Shown here: in pieces, positions 51,451-62,520 of the stretch | How positions within the stretch are numbered: position 1 is the stretch's first letter | How the letters are laid out: every line of letters starts with the position of its first letter | From: Amoebophrya sp. A120 | Taxonomy: Eukaryota; Protista; Dinoflagellata | Direction of reading: 5' to 3' | Length of the DNA stretch: 64,000 nt | Assembly: GCA_905178155.1 (NCBI GenBank) | Contig: CAJINV010000005.1 | Location: 290,254-354,253, forward strand | Notes under the pieces: model-generated | Seen by the model: the letters and a program-made list of their open reading frames with translations, nothing else | Database searches by the model: none | What the model was told of the DNA's origin: nothing | Made by a program: the position numbers and the translations under genes

Positions 51451-54123
51451 GGAGTATGGTTGGGTTCGTTGTCGTGGTTGTGTTGAACAGAAGGCTTTGA
51501 TGTTCCTGTGCACGGCAAGGTGCAAGGTGGACGAGCAACGTTGTTTGCAGCATGCATCTTCTGATGCTGTTGATGAAGCTGCTGCATTTGCTGAACTTCC
51601 CTTGAGAATAAAGAAGTTGCGTTTCTACTGCCATCTTGCGAGGATCATCGTGCCTCATTCGAAAAATAAAGCTGGCGGCTTCGACTGTGTGTCTTGCTCG
51701 GGCTGTTACAACGTTGCGAAATTTCGTTTTGTTCTCTACCGAGGAGAAGCCGTTATCAATGCTGAGAGAGAGATGTTGAGGGACTTTGTTGCTCAACCTC
51801 ATGAACCTCATTGGAGTCCATGTATTTCATACGCGAGAGACTGGCAGAAGCCCGCTGGCACTTGTGGACTGTTGGGCGCGGCGTGCTTTCAGTTGTGCGC
51901 TGGCCCTTGTGCTCGCCGCTGGTTCCGCCCGGCGCTTCTCTAGTTGGTGGCAGGGACCGGTGGCCGGTGGGGCTCGCCCAAAGGTACGCGGCTACTGCTT
52001 TCCGGAGACGGTCCTTCTGGCCGAGCTCATGGGGTGCAAGCATCAGCGCGGCAGGGGGCGCCGTCATCGAGGGGGGGACTTTTTCATTTTGATAGCGGGC
52101 AAGTTAGACTTCGGCCCGACGGAGTGGGTCGGGAATATGGCGGTGGCAGTCCGGGCCCCCCTCGCCCTCCTGGAGGTACGAACCGACGCGGCAGTCCTGG
52201 AGCTGGACCCCAGTGATGGCATCGGGTTCGTCAACGAGAAGGACCTGGCGGCGTTGCGCATCGGCGCCCGCATGTCCGCCCGCGCTTAATAAGTTCCTTT
52301 TGCTCGCGGGGGTGTGGTGCGTATGCGGCCGGGCATGCTCCCGAGTCGCGCGCCGCGCATAGCCGGCCCCCCCCGTTGACTCGCGCGCCTCCCGGCGCCC
52401 GGCGGTACTCCTGTCCCTACGCGCTGCAGCAGAGACGCTGGCACAGGGAAAGCCTCTGCCGCGCGAGGGCGTCCGGGGGGTGCGGCGAACCTTCCGGGGG
52501 CAGCTCCGCTGCGATGGCGGAGCGAACGCGGACAGGTTCCGCAAGATATTGGAGGAGGCCTCGGGCGATTTTATTGGCGCGGTGCTGCTTTGGTCGGCGC
52601 ACCTGATGCGAATCGCGGACGGACCCGGGGCGGGACAGGGTAGAGAACTTGTACCAGCTGCGCTGCCCCCCGTCCAACTTCCGGGCGAGAGGGGAGCCTG
52701 ACAGAGCAGCTCCGGACTTTGGCCCGGTCGTGGTCTCGAACCGCGACGGGCAGCGTGAACGGCTGCCGGGCCACCGTTTTTGGTATGTTCGCACCTGTGG
52801 CTAAGAGCGCTGGGCGTACCCCGCCCGCCAGTTTTGACGCCTATTGTCCGGATGGGCCGGCGCGCAGTTGTCGTAATGTGCGCGGCCACCAATCCCGTTG
52901 GCGCCTGCCTCTACAAGTATTGCCGCGGCCAGTTTGTTCGTCGGCTTCTCATGCAGCCGGCCCCCATTTGTGTTTTTCCGTGGAGAGACACAGCAATTGT
53001 GGCATGGGCGGCCGCGGCCCTAGCGCTTCCCTGCTTGCGCGATTGGGGTTTGCGCGTTCAGCAAAGATCTTGACTGGTTCAGCCACCTTGTGTGCGAGAC
53101 CAACGTTGCTTCTCCTGCCATTGTGTGCCCTGTGTTCCCCAGAGGTGATACTTCCGCAGAGAGACAACAAGCAGCCTGTGTTTCACTTTGGCATCAGTAG
53201 ATCGAGTGCAGCAACACTATTACGAAGCCACGAGTGATCGCTTTCGTACACATTGACGGCAAACGGTCGCCTTGTGTTATCCCGAGACGAGGACCAGAAC
53301 GCACTACGCAATGCCGTGCCCGACTTGCTTCGCAGCAGTCGCAGCGACCAGCGTTCCGACAATCAGCCCCGGCTCCGCCGGACGCATCGCCGCGTTCGAA
53401 AACGTCCGCGCCGACCTGGAGTCGGCCCGCATTGCCCAAGCCACGGCCGAGTTTGGCTCGCTCGCGAAACTGGTCGTCAACGAGCTGAAAAACGCACTGC
53501 AGGTGCACGGGCCAGCGGGTGACGTTCCTGGAGGTGCTGTGGCCAGCGGGGCTGGGCTGCTTGATCCCAGTCAGGCAATAGCACAGCACTCCGCATCTTT
53601 TCTACATGTCGCTCCTCCGCACGACTACAGCAACTTTTTGTGAATTTTTGCAGGTAAGCTCTGGCCGAGCAGGAAGAGTGAGATGATTCAGGCTGGTCCT
53701 TGACTTTGGTCTTCGGGGTCCGTGTGGCACGAATACTACAGCTATCTCGCCGAGCATCATTTGGCCCGCCTGAGTTGTCGACAAGCACACGGACAAGGAG
53801 CGAAAAGGGGTGGAGAGTATTCCACTTGTTTAAATTAATGAGCGAAACATATTGACTGTGACGAGTATATGTGGCTCGTCAGCTGTTTCGAAGCGGCTCT
53901 ACGTTGCGTGATCAATCTGCTTGAGGCGACGCGCGACAGTGCCACTCAGTTTTTCTTTCTCGTTGATTCATCGATCCGAGAAGCTGCGATACCGCTTCGA
54001 TCGACTCCATTGTTTCCAAAACTTATACAATTCTCTCTTGCGCTCGCAGCTGTCGTCGTCACTTAGAAGTAGTACCAGCTAAATTACTTAATAGACTACC
54101 ACGGTTTTCAGAACAGGCGAAAA

Positions 54124-55052
54124 ATGTCCTCCTCCGCGCCCGCAAAGGGCGAGGAGCCGAAGAAGGGCGCCCAGCTGAGTGAGGAGGATATCAGGGAGTT
54201 TAAGGAGATCTTCAACCTCGTTGACAGCGATGGATCCGGCGCGATCTCCACCGACGAACTGGGGCAGTTGGTGGAAAGCGTGGGTATAGATAGAAATAAA
54301 TGTGTGGCTTGTTAACATCCTGGACTTCTGATTACTTGTGATTTGAGTAGGGTTCTTGTTACAACTCTTGCATGCAGCAACGAACTGGAAATGGATGGCG
54401 TTATGTCCTCATGGTAAGGCTCCATCGCCCCACACACTTCTACATCAAAAACTCCAGGTATGAAGATGACCCACGCGGAGCTGCAGGAGATGTGCAACGA
54501 GCTGGATAGCGACCAGTCCGGAGAAATTGAAATTGACGAGTTTATTGCGATCCTCTGCAAGGACCTCGAGCTAGACTACACGGCAGACGAGATCCAAGCG
54601 GCCTTCAAGACGTTCGCAAGGAATGCGCCGAACGGGTATGGTTTGATGGGTAGTATGATGTTCTACTTCTACGTGAAGACCGGCATGAGAAACACATCTG
54701 AGAAATATTTTCACACTGAACCAACGACATGACAGGTTGATCAAGATGACAGACCTCGAGGAGGCGCTGAAGGTTTATCTGCGCGGCGTCAACCAAGCCG
54801 AAATAAACCAGTTGCTCAAGCAGTTCGAGGTACTACGCGTAGTTGCTTTTGCTACTAACTGCATCCTGTATAATAAATGCATAACATCGATCACATCTAT
54901 GGTTTTCATGCATACTCAAACATGACATTGACGAAAACAATCAAAATCAGGACTGCGTGGTGCACTTGAGTCAGGTGGTGGACTCAAATGGTATGCCGGT
55001 GCCTTTCTTTCGCTACCAAGACTACATCAACTTGATGATGAGAAGGAAATAA
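54124..55052 (+). CDS. Calmodulin/centrin-like EF-hand protein, 4 exons
   Basis: [22 protein letters not shown] and [16 protein letters not shown]-hands; three canonical GT-AG introns (first 54284-54457); C-lobe EF-hands degenerate; ends [12 protein letters not shown]. Confidence 0.88.
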
Positions 55053-55737
55053 TAAGCAGAAACTGCATGAAGATGAACAAAACGTACATATAGAAAACGT
55101 AGAAGATGAGACTCGAAACGCATTATTCAAATGCAAGATGCGGACAGAAAATGGAACAGCGTGATCTGCGTTGCGGGTGCGCGTCATTGATGCCAAAGAC
55201 AGAATGAACTTTCAAGGCCAAGAAATTTGCCTTGGAGGTTGTGTATGATGAAGAGGACGAACTGAAAGCAGTATTTTTATGGACGATAAGTAGAACGAGA
55301 TCGACCGCGGCTTGATGCTCCGTCCAGCTTTGCTGCACATTGGTGTAAGCGCAGACGCTTTATTGTGTTTGTGTTCTGAAAAAAGGACAGCTGGAGAATG
55401 CGCAGCTGCGGATTTGATATTGCTGACGCTGCGGGAAGACCGGCGCGCAAACACGTACGTAGATGAGACTCAGCTCAGTTGTAGAGGTGCAAATTTATTA
55501 CGACACCACGATAGGCGTTTCATAATTGCAAGACTTACCAATGATGTGAGTCCACTGCTTTGAACTTGGAGTTTGAAAGTAATCCTCATTGGCTAGCGAA
55601 ATAAAGATAAAATCTAGTGAAGAAAGAACAAAACTGCTGCAAGAACATCACATTCACATGGAAGCGGTTTCTCTTAGCACCAGATTCAACCCCCACAGAA
55701 ATTTTTGTATCAAGATTCAAACTCATACTCAGAAATC

Positions 55738-56502
55738 ATGTCAGCTGTCTTGCGCATGCGGCCGGAGAACAAGATCGACGAGTGTTTTCTGGTCGAACTG
55801 CAGGGCACCTTCGAGCTTTCCAAAGAGGAGCTGAAGGCCCGGAACGGCGACAACCGGCAGGGGCTGGAACTGGGCCTGTTTCGGGTCAAGGAGGACCTGA
55901 AGAAGGCGGAAATTCAGATGGGATCCAACACTTTGATCGGCAAAATCGAGCACCTGCCAAAACCCATGCTCATCGTCAGAAAGACCGGAAGAAAGGAGTA
56001 CTTGCTGCGCCCGCCGGGTGGAAAAGAAGTCCTGGTCGGCGATCTGACCACGGCCGCGAGCGGCGCGGGAACGTCCACCGCAATACGACCGTCGGTGCTG
56101 CCCGGTGGTAGTAGTGGCAATCCGAACGAGGGTACGGGGGATGTGGTGATGCAGACCAGCGCTACCGCAGCTGCAGCTGCTTCGTCAACGTCGCAGTTTG
56201 CGGCCAGCTTTCAGCAAATAAAGAATCACGAGGATGTTGGTGGTAAAAAGGTCGAGTTTGGAAACTTCGGCGTAAGCAATCCAACAGCTGCCGACAACGC
56301 GATCAGTAACGTGGCCAAACCGCTGGCAAAAAACTTGCAGATACGACAGCCGAGCAACATTGACTGCGTTTCGGAGATATTGGAAGTAGAGGCGGTAATC
56401 CGGAAAAAAGCGATCTTTAACACCAGGCCCAGTATCTACGTCCCCCCGGAGCTGGTGGTGCCAGACAAGGACTGGCATATGAAGAAGGGAAAGAAAAAGT
56501 AG
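55738..56502 (+). CDS. CTF8: Ctf8-like subunit of the Ctf18-RFC clamp loader, with a long low-complexity insertion
   Basis: FLVELQGTFE...LELGLF...IQMGSNTLIGKIEHLPKPMLIVRK...EVEAVIRKKAIFNTRP matches the Ctf8 pattern as I recall it (ELQG, LGxL, GKIxxLxKP, IxxKxxFxxRP). Intronless. Confidence 0.75.
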   Translation: MSAVLRMRPENKIDECFLVELQGTFELSKEELKARNGDNRQGLELGLFRVKEDLKKAEIQMGSNTLIGKIEHLPKPMLIVRKTGRKEYLLRPPGGKEVLVGDLTTAASGAGTSTAIRPSVLPGGSSGNPNEGTGDVVMQTSATAAAAASSTSQFAASFQQIKNHEDVGGKKVEFGNFGVSNPTAADNAISNVAKPLAKNLQIRQPSNIDCVSEILEVEAVIRKKAIFNTRPSIYVPPELVVPDKDWHMKKGKKK

Positions 56503-57276
56503 AGACGTAAAATGATCAAAGATAGGATTGCAGCTTCTGTGCCTGTGCTGGGGAGAAAAACATATCGATATTGATGTGTTGGCTTTTACGTACTTATTCA
56601 AAATTTTGCACGGAGAACGAGCAGGAGTTCACTAATGCAGCAGAACAATGCTACAGTGTGATTTCTGTCACACCAACGACCTGCAACTCCTGCAACAGTA
56701 GTTACATGCAACTCAGATGAGCATCTCGGTGTCGGTCTCGATAGTCGTGCAGACATTCATCTGAAGGTGAAGCGAAGTTGCTCCGCTTGCTAGTCTTGCA
56801 ACGACATACCGGAATTCGTTGCTCTGTCGGTATAGCTGCCACCCATGATCTCATCTTTATGTCGGTGTCATTTTTTCATATTCAGCATCCAAGCAAAACG
56901 AGCTTACGACAGCAAGAAGATCCTGGTGGTCGAGTATGAAAAGTCTGTCCTCTGTTTTTTCTGAGCGACCACGCTTTCGCCTTTTTTTGAGATGATGCAC
57001 AAGATCCGGTTTTTTTCGAGCGATACATTGAGAGCCTGCCAGGAAAATAAAAGCGCATCAGCTTTTTCAGTGCTACTTTTCATACTTATGAGGTGACACG
57101 TAAATTTTACGCAACATGCCACAGTACCCCCGCGACCGGTCGTATCGTGAGGGTTTTCATAGTGCGTAGTCAAGCAAAAGGAACACACTTGAACTTCTGC
57201 GAGATCAAAACAAAAAGGAGTCAACAAAAGACCTAGAGGTTCTGAGGTGGCACAACACCAACACGGTAGTATCCGC

Positions 57277-60200
57277 ATGTCGGCGGCATCGTCGCCCAAC
57301 CCGCGGGCGGCCGCGGGTCAGGCCCAGCAGGCGGTGAACCGGGTTGAGCAAATTGCGAACCAGCTGAATGTAAGTCCCTTCACGTTGAAAGTCGGGGCCG
57401 GGGCCGTCGCCGGGGCGGTGGTGTCGACCGCGGTGCTGGGAAAAAAGGCAAACTTCCCCGTAGAAGCGCCACCAAAAAACACGGCAGAAACGTTGCCAGT
57501 GTTCGAGGAAGGAGAGATCGTTTACACCGCGGACCCGGCGGCGGAAGTACTATTACACTTTGCTATTGGGCGACGCGTTCACTTCTGCAAAAATTATGCG
57601 AATTTATTCACAACTTATCGGAAGTTGTGGAAGTCCAAGTTCTCCTGCTTTCATGTACTTTACTTACACTGGACATTCGGAAAAAAGCATCGATCGACCT
57701 TTACTCAAATAAAAATTTCCTGCAGGTTAAACTCCACCCAGCCAAGGCCGGCCCTGCGTCGCTGCAAGCCGCCCCGGCGGAAACGATCATAGACATAATA
57801 GGCCGAATAGAAGCGAAGTCGCCGAATGTGCTCTGCCTATCCGTGGAGAGGCCCTGCCCGAAAAACGACGGACAAGGGGCACTCTCGCTGCCGCCAGAAA
57901 AGTGGACCAGTTGGACTTGGAAGGAGTTCATAGAAGACAGCAAGCTCGCGGCGAAGGCTTTTATGGAGCTTGGTATGGCGCATTTTGGGTCCGTAACCTG
58001 TTTTGGGGTGAACGCGCCGGAATGGCACCTATCGGCAATAGGATCGATCCTTGCCGGCGGAAAAGTAGCAGGGATCTACCCAAGTGACACGGTATACTTG
58101 ATTCATCACAAGAACGTCGTCCTTCTGTTGACGTTGTGTCTGACGCCGTTGCATGTTGAGCTACATGTTTTTGCAGTGTGCTTTTTTTACGATTTGCAAA
58201 GCCCGTAGCACTAGTACCAGCGTCGTAATCCCATATTGAAGTTGAAAAATAGACAAAGAGCAATGCATTTTCAGGTCGAGCACTGCATCTTCAAGAACAA
58301 GTGCGCCGGCGCCACCGTGGCAATAGTGGAAACCTGCGAGAAGGCGAAAATGGTTTTGGACAACATTGCGCAGCTGCCACGTATGAAGGCGGTGGTAGTG
58401 TTTGATCCTGAAGCGAAATTTGAGGAAGTAACCAGTGGTGCGGGCTGCAAATATATGCGTTGGGACACGATGATGAAGTGGGCAAAAACCCTGAAAAATC
58501 AAGACGCAGAGCTCAAACAGAGGATGAACAAGGTAGAGTACTACTTTCGAAGGCCGGATTTTGATCATGCGGAGTACTAGTTGTATTCAGATACACCACT
58601 TCTAGTAAACTACTAGTGACGCAGCTTGATTGCTCTCTACCGTTTGTGAAGAACAAGTATTGCTCGCTACTTCTGATTTGTATGAAGGTAAAAAGAAAGG
58701 GAAAGGTGCGGTCTCTCTAAGTTGATGAAACTACGAATGGGAAAAATATGATATCTTTGGTGCTACATCAGATCCGACCCGGCCACGCGATGAACGTGGT
58801 ATATACGAGCGGGACAACGGGAAATCCAAAAGGTGTCATGCTTTCGCAGGACAATAGCTGGAGCACGTGTGCCATCTTCCTCAAGCCAGTCACGCAGGAC
58901 CTGACCCCGCCACACCGAATTTTGTCCTACTTACCGCTACCACACGTCACCGGCTTCTTGGCCGACATCGCGCTGCCGATGTGGCTGGTATAAGATAACG
59001 GGGCTGTAATTTTACCTACTTATGCTGATCATGTGCCTGATCACTTGTGTTTGAGTTTTTCTCTGGTGTAACGAACATGATTCAGTGTGTCAGTAAAGAA
59101 TATGCTCTCGTCGAGGCGGCTTTTGCAGTCCTCCGCTTGTACGGGGCGTCAAGTATCAGGTGACAGCACAGCTCAGGAATGCTCCTAGCGCAGCGCCGGA
59201 GAGGGCTTGGATTTCAGCTTTATTATGAAAAAAACTATAGAACAACTTCTACTTTCAGACGGCCAACAGCCAGCCGACCTCGATCTATTTCGCGCGGCCG
59301 TATGACTTGAAAGAGTCCACGATCGGCTCGCGCCTCCTGACCGTGCGGCCCACGATCTTCGTGGCCGTGCCGCGCGTGTATGAAAAGATTGCGGAGAAGC
59401 TCAAAGCCGTTGCAGCCACTGTGACGGGCCCGATGAAGGCGATCAGCACCTGGGCAAAGGCGAAAAACAGCGAACACATGGGGATGCGACAGTTCGGGAA
59501 GGGAAACGGCGAGTACCCGGCGAATTTCACCCCGGCCAACTTTGTCATGGGCAAGGTCCGGCAAAAATTAGGGTTGGATCAGGCACAATGCTTGATATCC
59601 GGTGCGGCACCGATTACCATGGAGACCTTGGACTACTTTGGGAGTTTGGGTAAGTACAAAAAAATGTTCTAGGTGCTAGTTTTCTTCTTGGGCAGAACTG
59701 AGTAGTAAAAAGAAGGTGGACGCGATAAGTAGACACGACTTCCTTATCTTCTGGGGTTTCTTTAGTAGAACCAGTTTGTGTAATTTTCGTCTCGTACGCA
59801 GAGCCAGATCGAAAGCAGCACGAAAACAATTGCTCACACGACTTCTCAGGCCTGATGATTTTGGAACTGTACGGCATGTCGGAGTCCACGGGGCCGACCA
59901 CGCTGAACACCCTGCGCACCGTGAAGTGGGGCACCATCGGGTACGCTCCGCAGGGGGTGGAAGTGGGGGTGTTTAACACGATGGACCCGAAGAACCCGAT
60001 GCAGTGGGTAAAACCTATGGCGTTCTCAACTGTTAAGTACATTCTCAGCTGTTGCATGAATTTGCGATGCAAAAATGGCAAAAGTGAAATGGGTGGCCTT
60101 CCGTATTTTGCATGACAGGTTTGGTACAGATTCGCAGCTTGTTTGGCACTTCGAGAACTCGCCATGCGAAGCAGCTTGGCCGTGTCGATTTTGGTAGTAA

Positions 60201-61657
60201 ATTTGCATGACAAGTCATGTAAGAACAGTTGATAATGTAACATTTGAGAACGCCATAAAACCCTGCGCCGATTTGTCCGCGCCGAGCGAGTATCAAATGC
60301 AAATATGTCTAGGTCTGGAAGAGTGCAGATTTTTCTCATGCTGTTTTTGCATGCCTCAGAAGGTGTGGCATGGAGGCCTTAGCATCACAGGCATTCATAA
60401 GGTTCCGCAATGCCCAATGCGCATGACAAATGCCCCATTTTCGTGACAGAGAATGGGCAACTTTTGCTGCCTATGCATGAGAGGTTTGTGTGTGTTGCGA
60501 AATGCGCATGAGAAGTTTAACTCCTCCCAGACCCAGACATATTTGCATTTGATAGCGAGCAGGAGCAGGGAGAGCTGTGCTTTCGGGGTCGGCACATCAT
60601 GATGGGGTACCTGGCAAACCCAGATCTGGGGGAGGAGCACATGGCCGAGGTCAAGAAAAAGAACAAGGAGGCGCTGGTACCTGGGGGCTGGATGCTGTCC
60701 GGGGATAAGGCCTGCATGGATAAGGACGGTATAATTCATTCGAAGCTGTTGTACTTGCTTCTATTCGGCAGTAGAGGTGTTTCTTGTTGTTTATTGCGGT
60801 GGTAGGTTCTCCTTATTTCCATGATGTTTGCTGTTATTTCTTGGAAGATAGATATGGTCAAAAATCCAGGTTTTTTCCGCATCACGGGGCGATACAAGGA
60901 ATTGATTATCACTGCCGGGTATCAAATGCAACCATGTCTTGGTCTGGAAATCTGCTAGGTTCGTCATGCAGGTTTTCCATGCGGCTCCATGAGGTCTTGA
61001 ATGCAGGACTTAGCCACCTAGCATGACAGATTCTGTGTTTAGGGTCTCTGCCGGTTCTATCCTGCATGAGAAACTCCTGCTTAATTTGGTCAAAGAAAAT
61101 GGGCAAACCTCATTGAGATTCATGCAAGAGAGATTAGATTTTCGTGTGGGTGTGACTCACAGGGCCTCCTCGCATCACAAGTGTACACTCTTCCAGACCC
61201 GGATGCATTTGCAATGCATAGTTGGGGTGAAAACGTCGCCCCTGTCCCCATCGAGGACTGGCTGAAGTCGAATTACACCGCGATCTCCAATGTGATGATG
61301 GTCGGGGACAAGAAAAAGTACAATGTCATTCTTGTCACGCTGAAAACCAAGGGCGCCACGGGGGAGCTGCCGGGCGGGGACGAACTGGACGGGGAGGCGC
61401 TGAAAATCGCCCCCGGGGTCACATCCTTGGCGCAGGCCATGAAGGATGACCGGGTATTGAAGTACATCCAGGGCGCCGTGGATGCGGTAAACAAAGAACC
61501 CAAGATCGTCATCTCCAATGCCTGCAAGGTGCAGTTTTTCCGCATTCTCCCGAGGGATTTCTCTATCCAAACAGAGGAGTTCACGCCCACGTTAAAGCTG
61601 AAGCGGTCGGTCGCGGTGGAAATTTGGAAAGATTATATCGATCAGATGTACCAGTAA
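57277..61657 (+). CDS. Long-chain acyl-CoA synthetase (AMP-binding, bubblegum/ACSBG-like)
   Basis: YTSGTTGNPKGVMLS, LSYLPLPH, PTIFVAVPRVYEK, ISGAAP, ELYGMSESTGP, GELCFRGRHIMMGY, SGD, ITGRYKELIITAGGENVAPVPIE, EFTPTLKLKR. Six canonical introns plus elements 60016, 60291 and 60920. Confidence 0.93.
60016..60257. mobile_element. Introner element, family F
   Basis: TATGGCGTTCTCAACTGTTA / TAACATTTGAGAACGCCATA; TSD AAACC; removal gives WVKPCADLS. Confidence 0.93.
60291..60554. mobile_element. Introner element, family A
   Basis: Family A TIRs; TSD GCGAG; interior similar to element 30323; removal gives APSEQEQGELCFRG. Confidence 0.95.
60920..61220. mobile_element. Introner element, family A (decayed TSD)
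   Basis: Family A-like TIRs; flanks CCGGG / GTTGG; removal of 60920-61225 restores conserved ITAGGENV. Confidence 0.92.
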
Positions 61658-62520
61658 AGATTTTCCTGAGAGGACCACGCTACCGGGCGGCAACTAGGTA
61701 GTAGCTTAGTGGTGTAAAATCATACCTGCTCTACTACTCCATACGGAAAAGGAAGAGCGGTAGGTAACAGTTGTCCACAAGATAGCGTAATAGAAGCTCT
61801 CTCAAGTTCGTTGTCATGCATCGCCGCGTGTTTCTCACCGAAAGTGAATAAGGAAAGGCCAATAAGAATTTACACGGGATCAATATTCTCGAATGACAAA
61901 ATAAGTAAGTCTAATGAGTTCTTTTGAATAATATCGCAAACAAGATGAACAATACATCATATATACAACATATCTACTGCATCGGAGGAAGAGATGGTGT
62001 AAATAATCCACGAATTTTCCCGGGGACAAATAATGCATGTGGGAAATGCCACAATTTTGTGCTCCCCCTTCAAATTTTGAAGACTTCTCTACCATGCCTC
62101 CACATGCGAAAGCCTGGCGAAGCCACGTTTTCCCGTCAACCAGAAGATTTCTGCAACAATCGGCTATCATTTTTCGAAAGAAGAGAAGCAATTGCGCGAC
62201 AACTTTTTCAAAACTAAGGAGAAGCAAAGAAACAAACATAGCTTCACCCACTGTACGGAGCGAAGTCGTGACGCTTTCGGCGATGGGAAGTGGATTCTGT
62301 TTCTTACCACCTCGCAGCTGTTGTAATGGTGACCCGTGATCGGTTTACTTATCGTTATCACGACGTACTATCTACGTCTTCAAGGCGCCACCGTTTTCGG
62401 TTTGATGCCAGGGCCCTTGCGAAAGGCGAATGTTGACTCTTCTGTCTGCACTGCTAAATCTTCAAAATCCTTTCTCGGTCGTGATTTCTCCGGTCGGACT
62501 TGCTGTAATTCGGAGGTAAT

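Noticed and set aside
4732-61220. Dispersed 30-bp GTCTGGGTCTGGAA repeats as CRISPR or REP elements
   Set aside because: They occur as inverted pairs about 250 bp apart with TSDs inside exons, i.e. TIRs.
33386-61657. Fragmented kinesin and acyl-CoA synthetase ORFs as pseudogenes
   Set aside because: Each break checked is explained by an element or GT-AG intron whose removal restores frame and conserved motifs; no other stops or frameshifts were seen.
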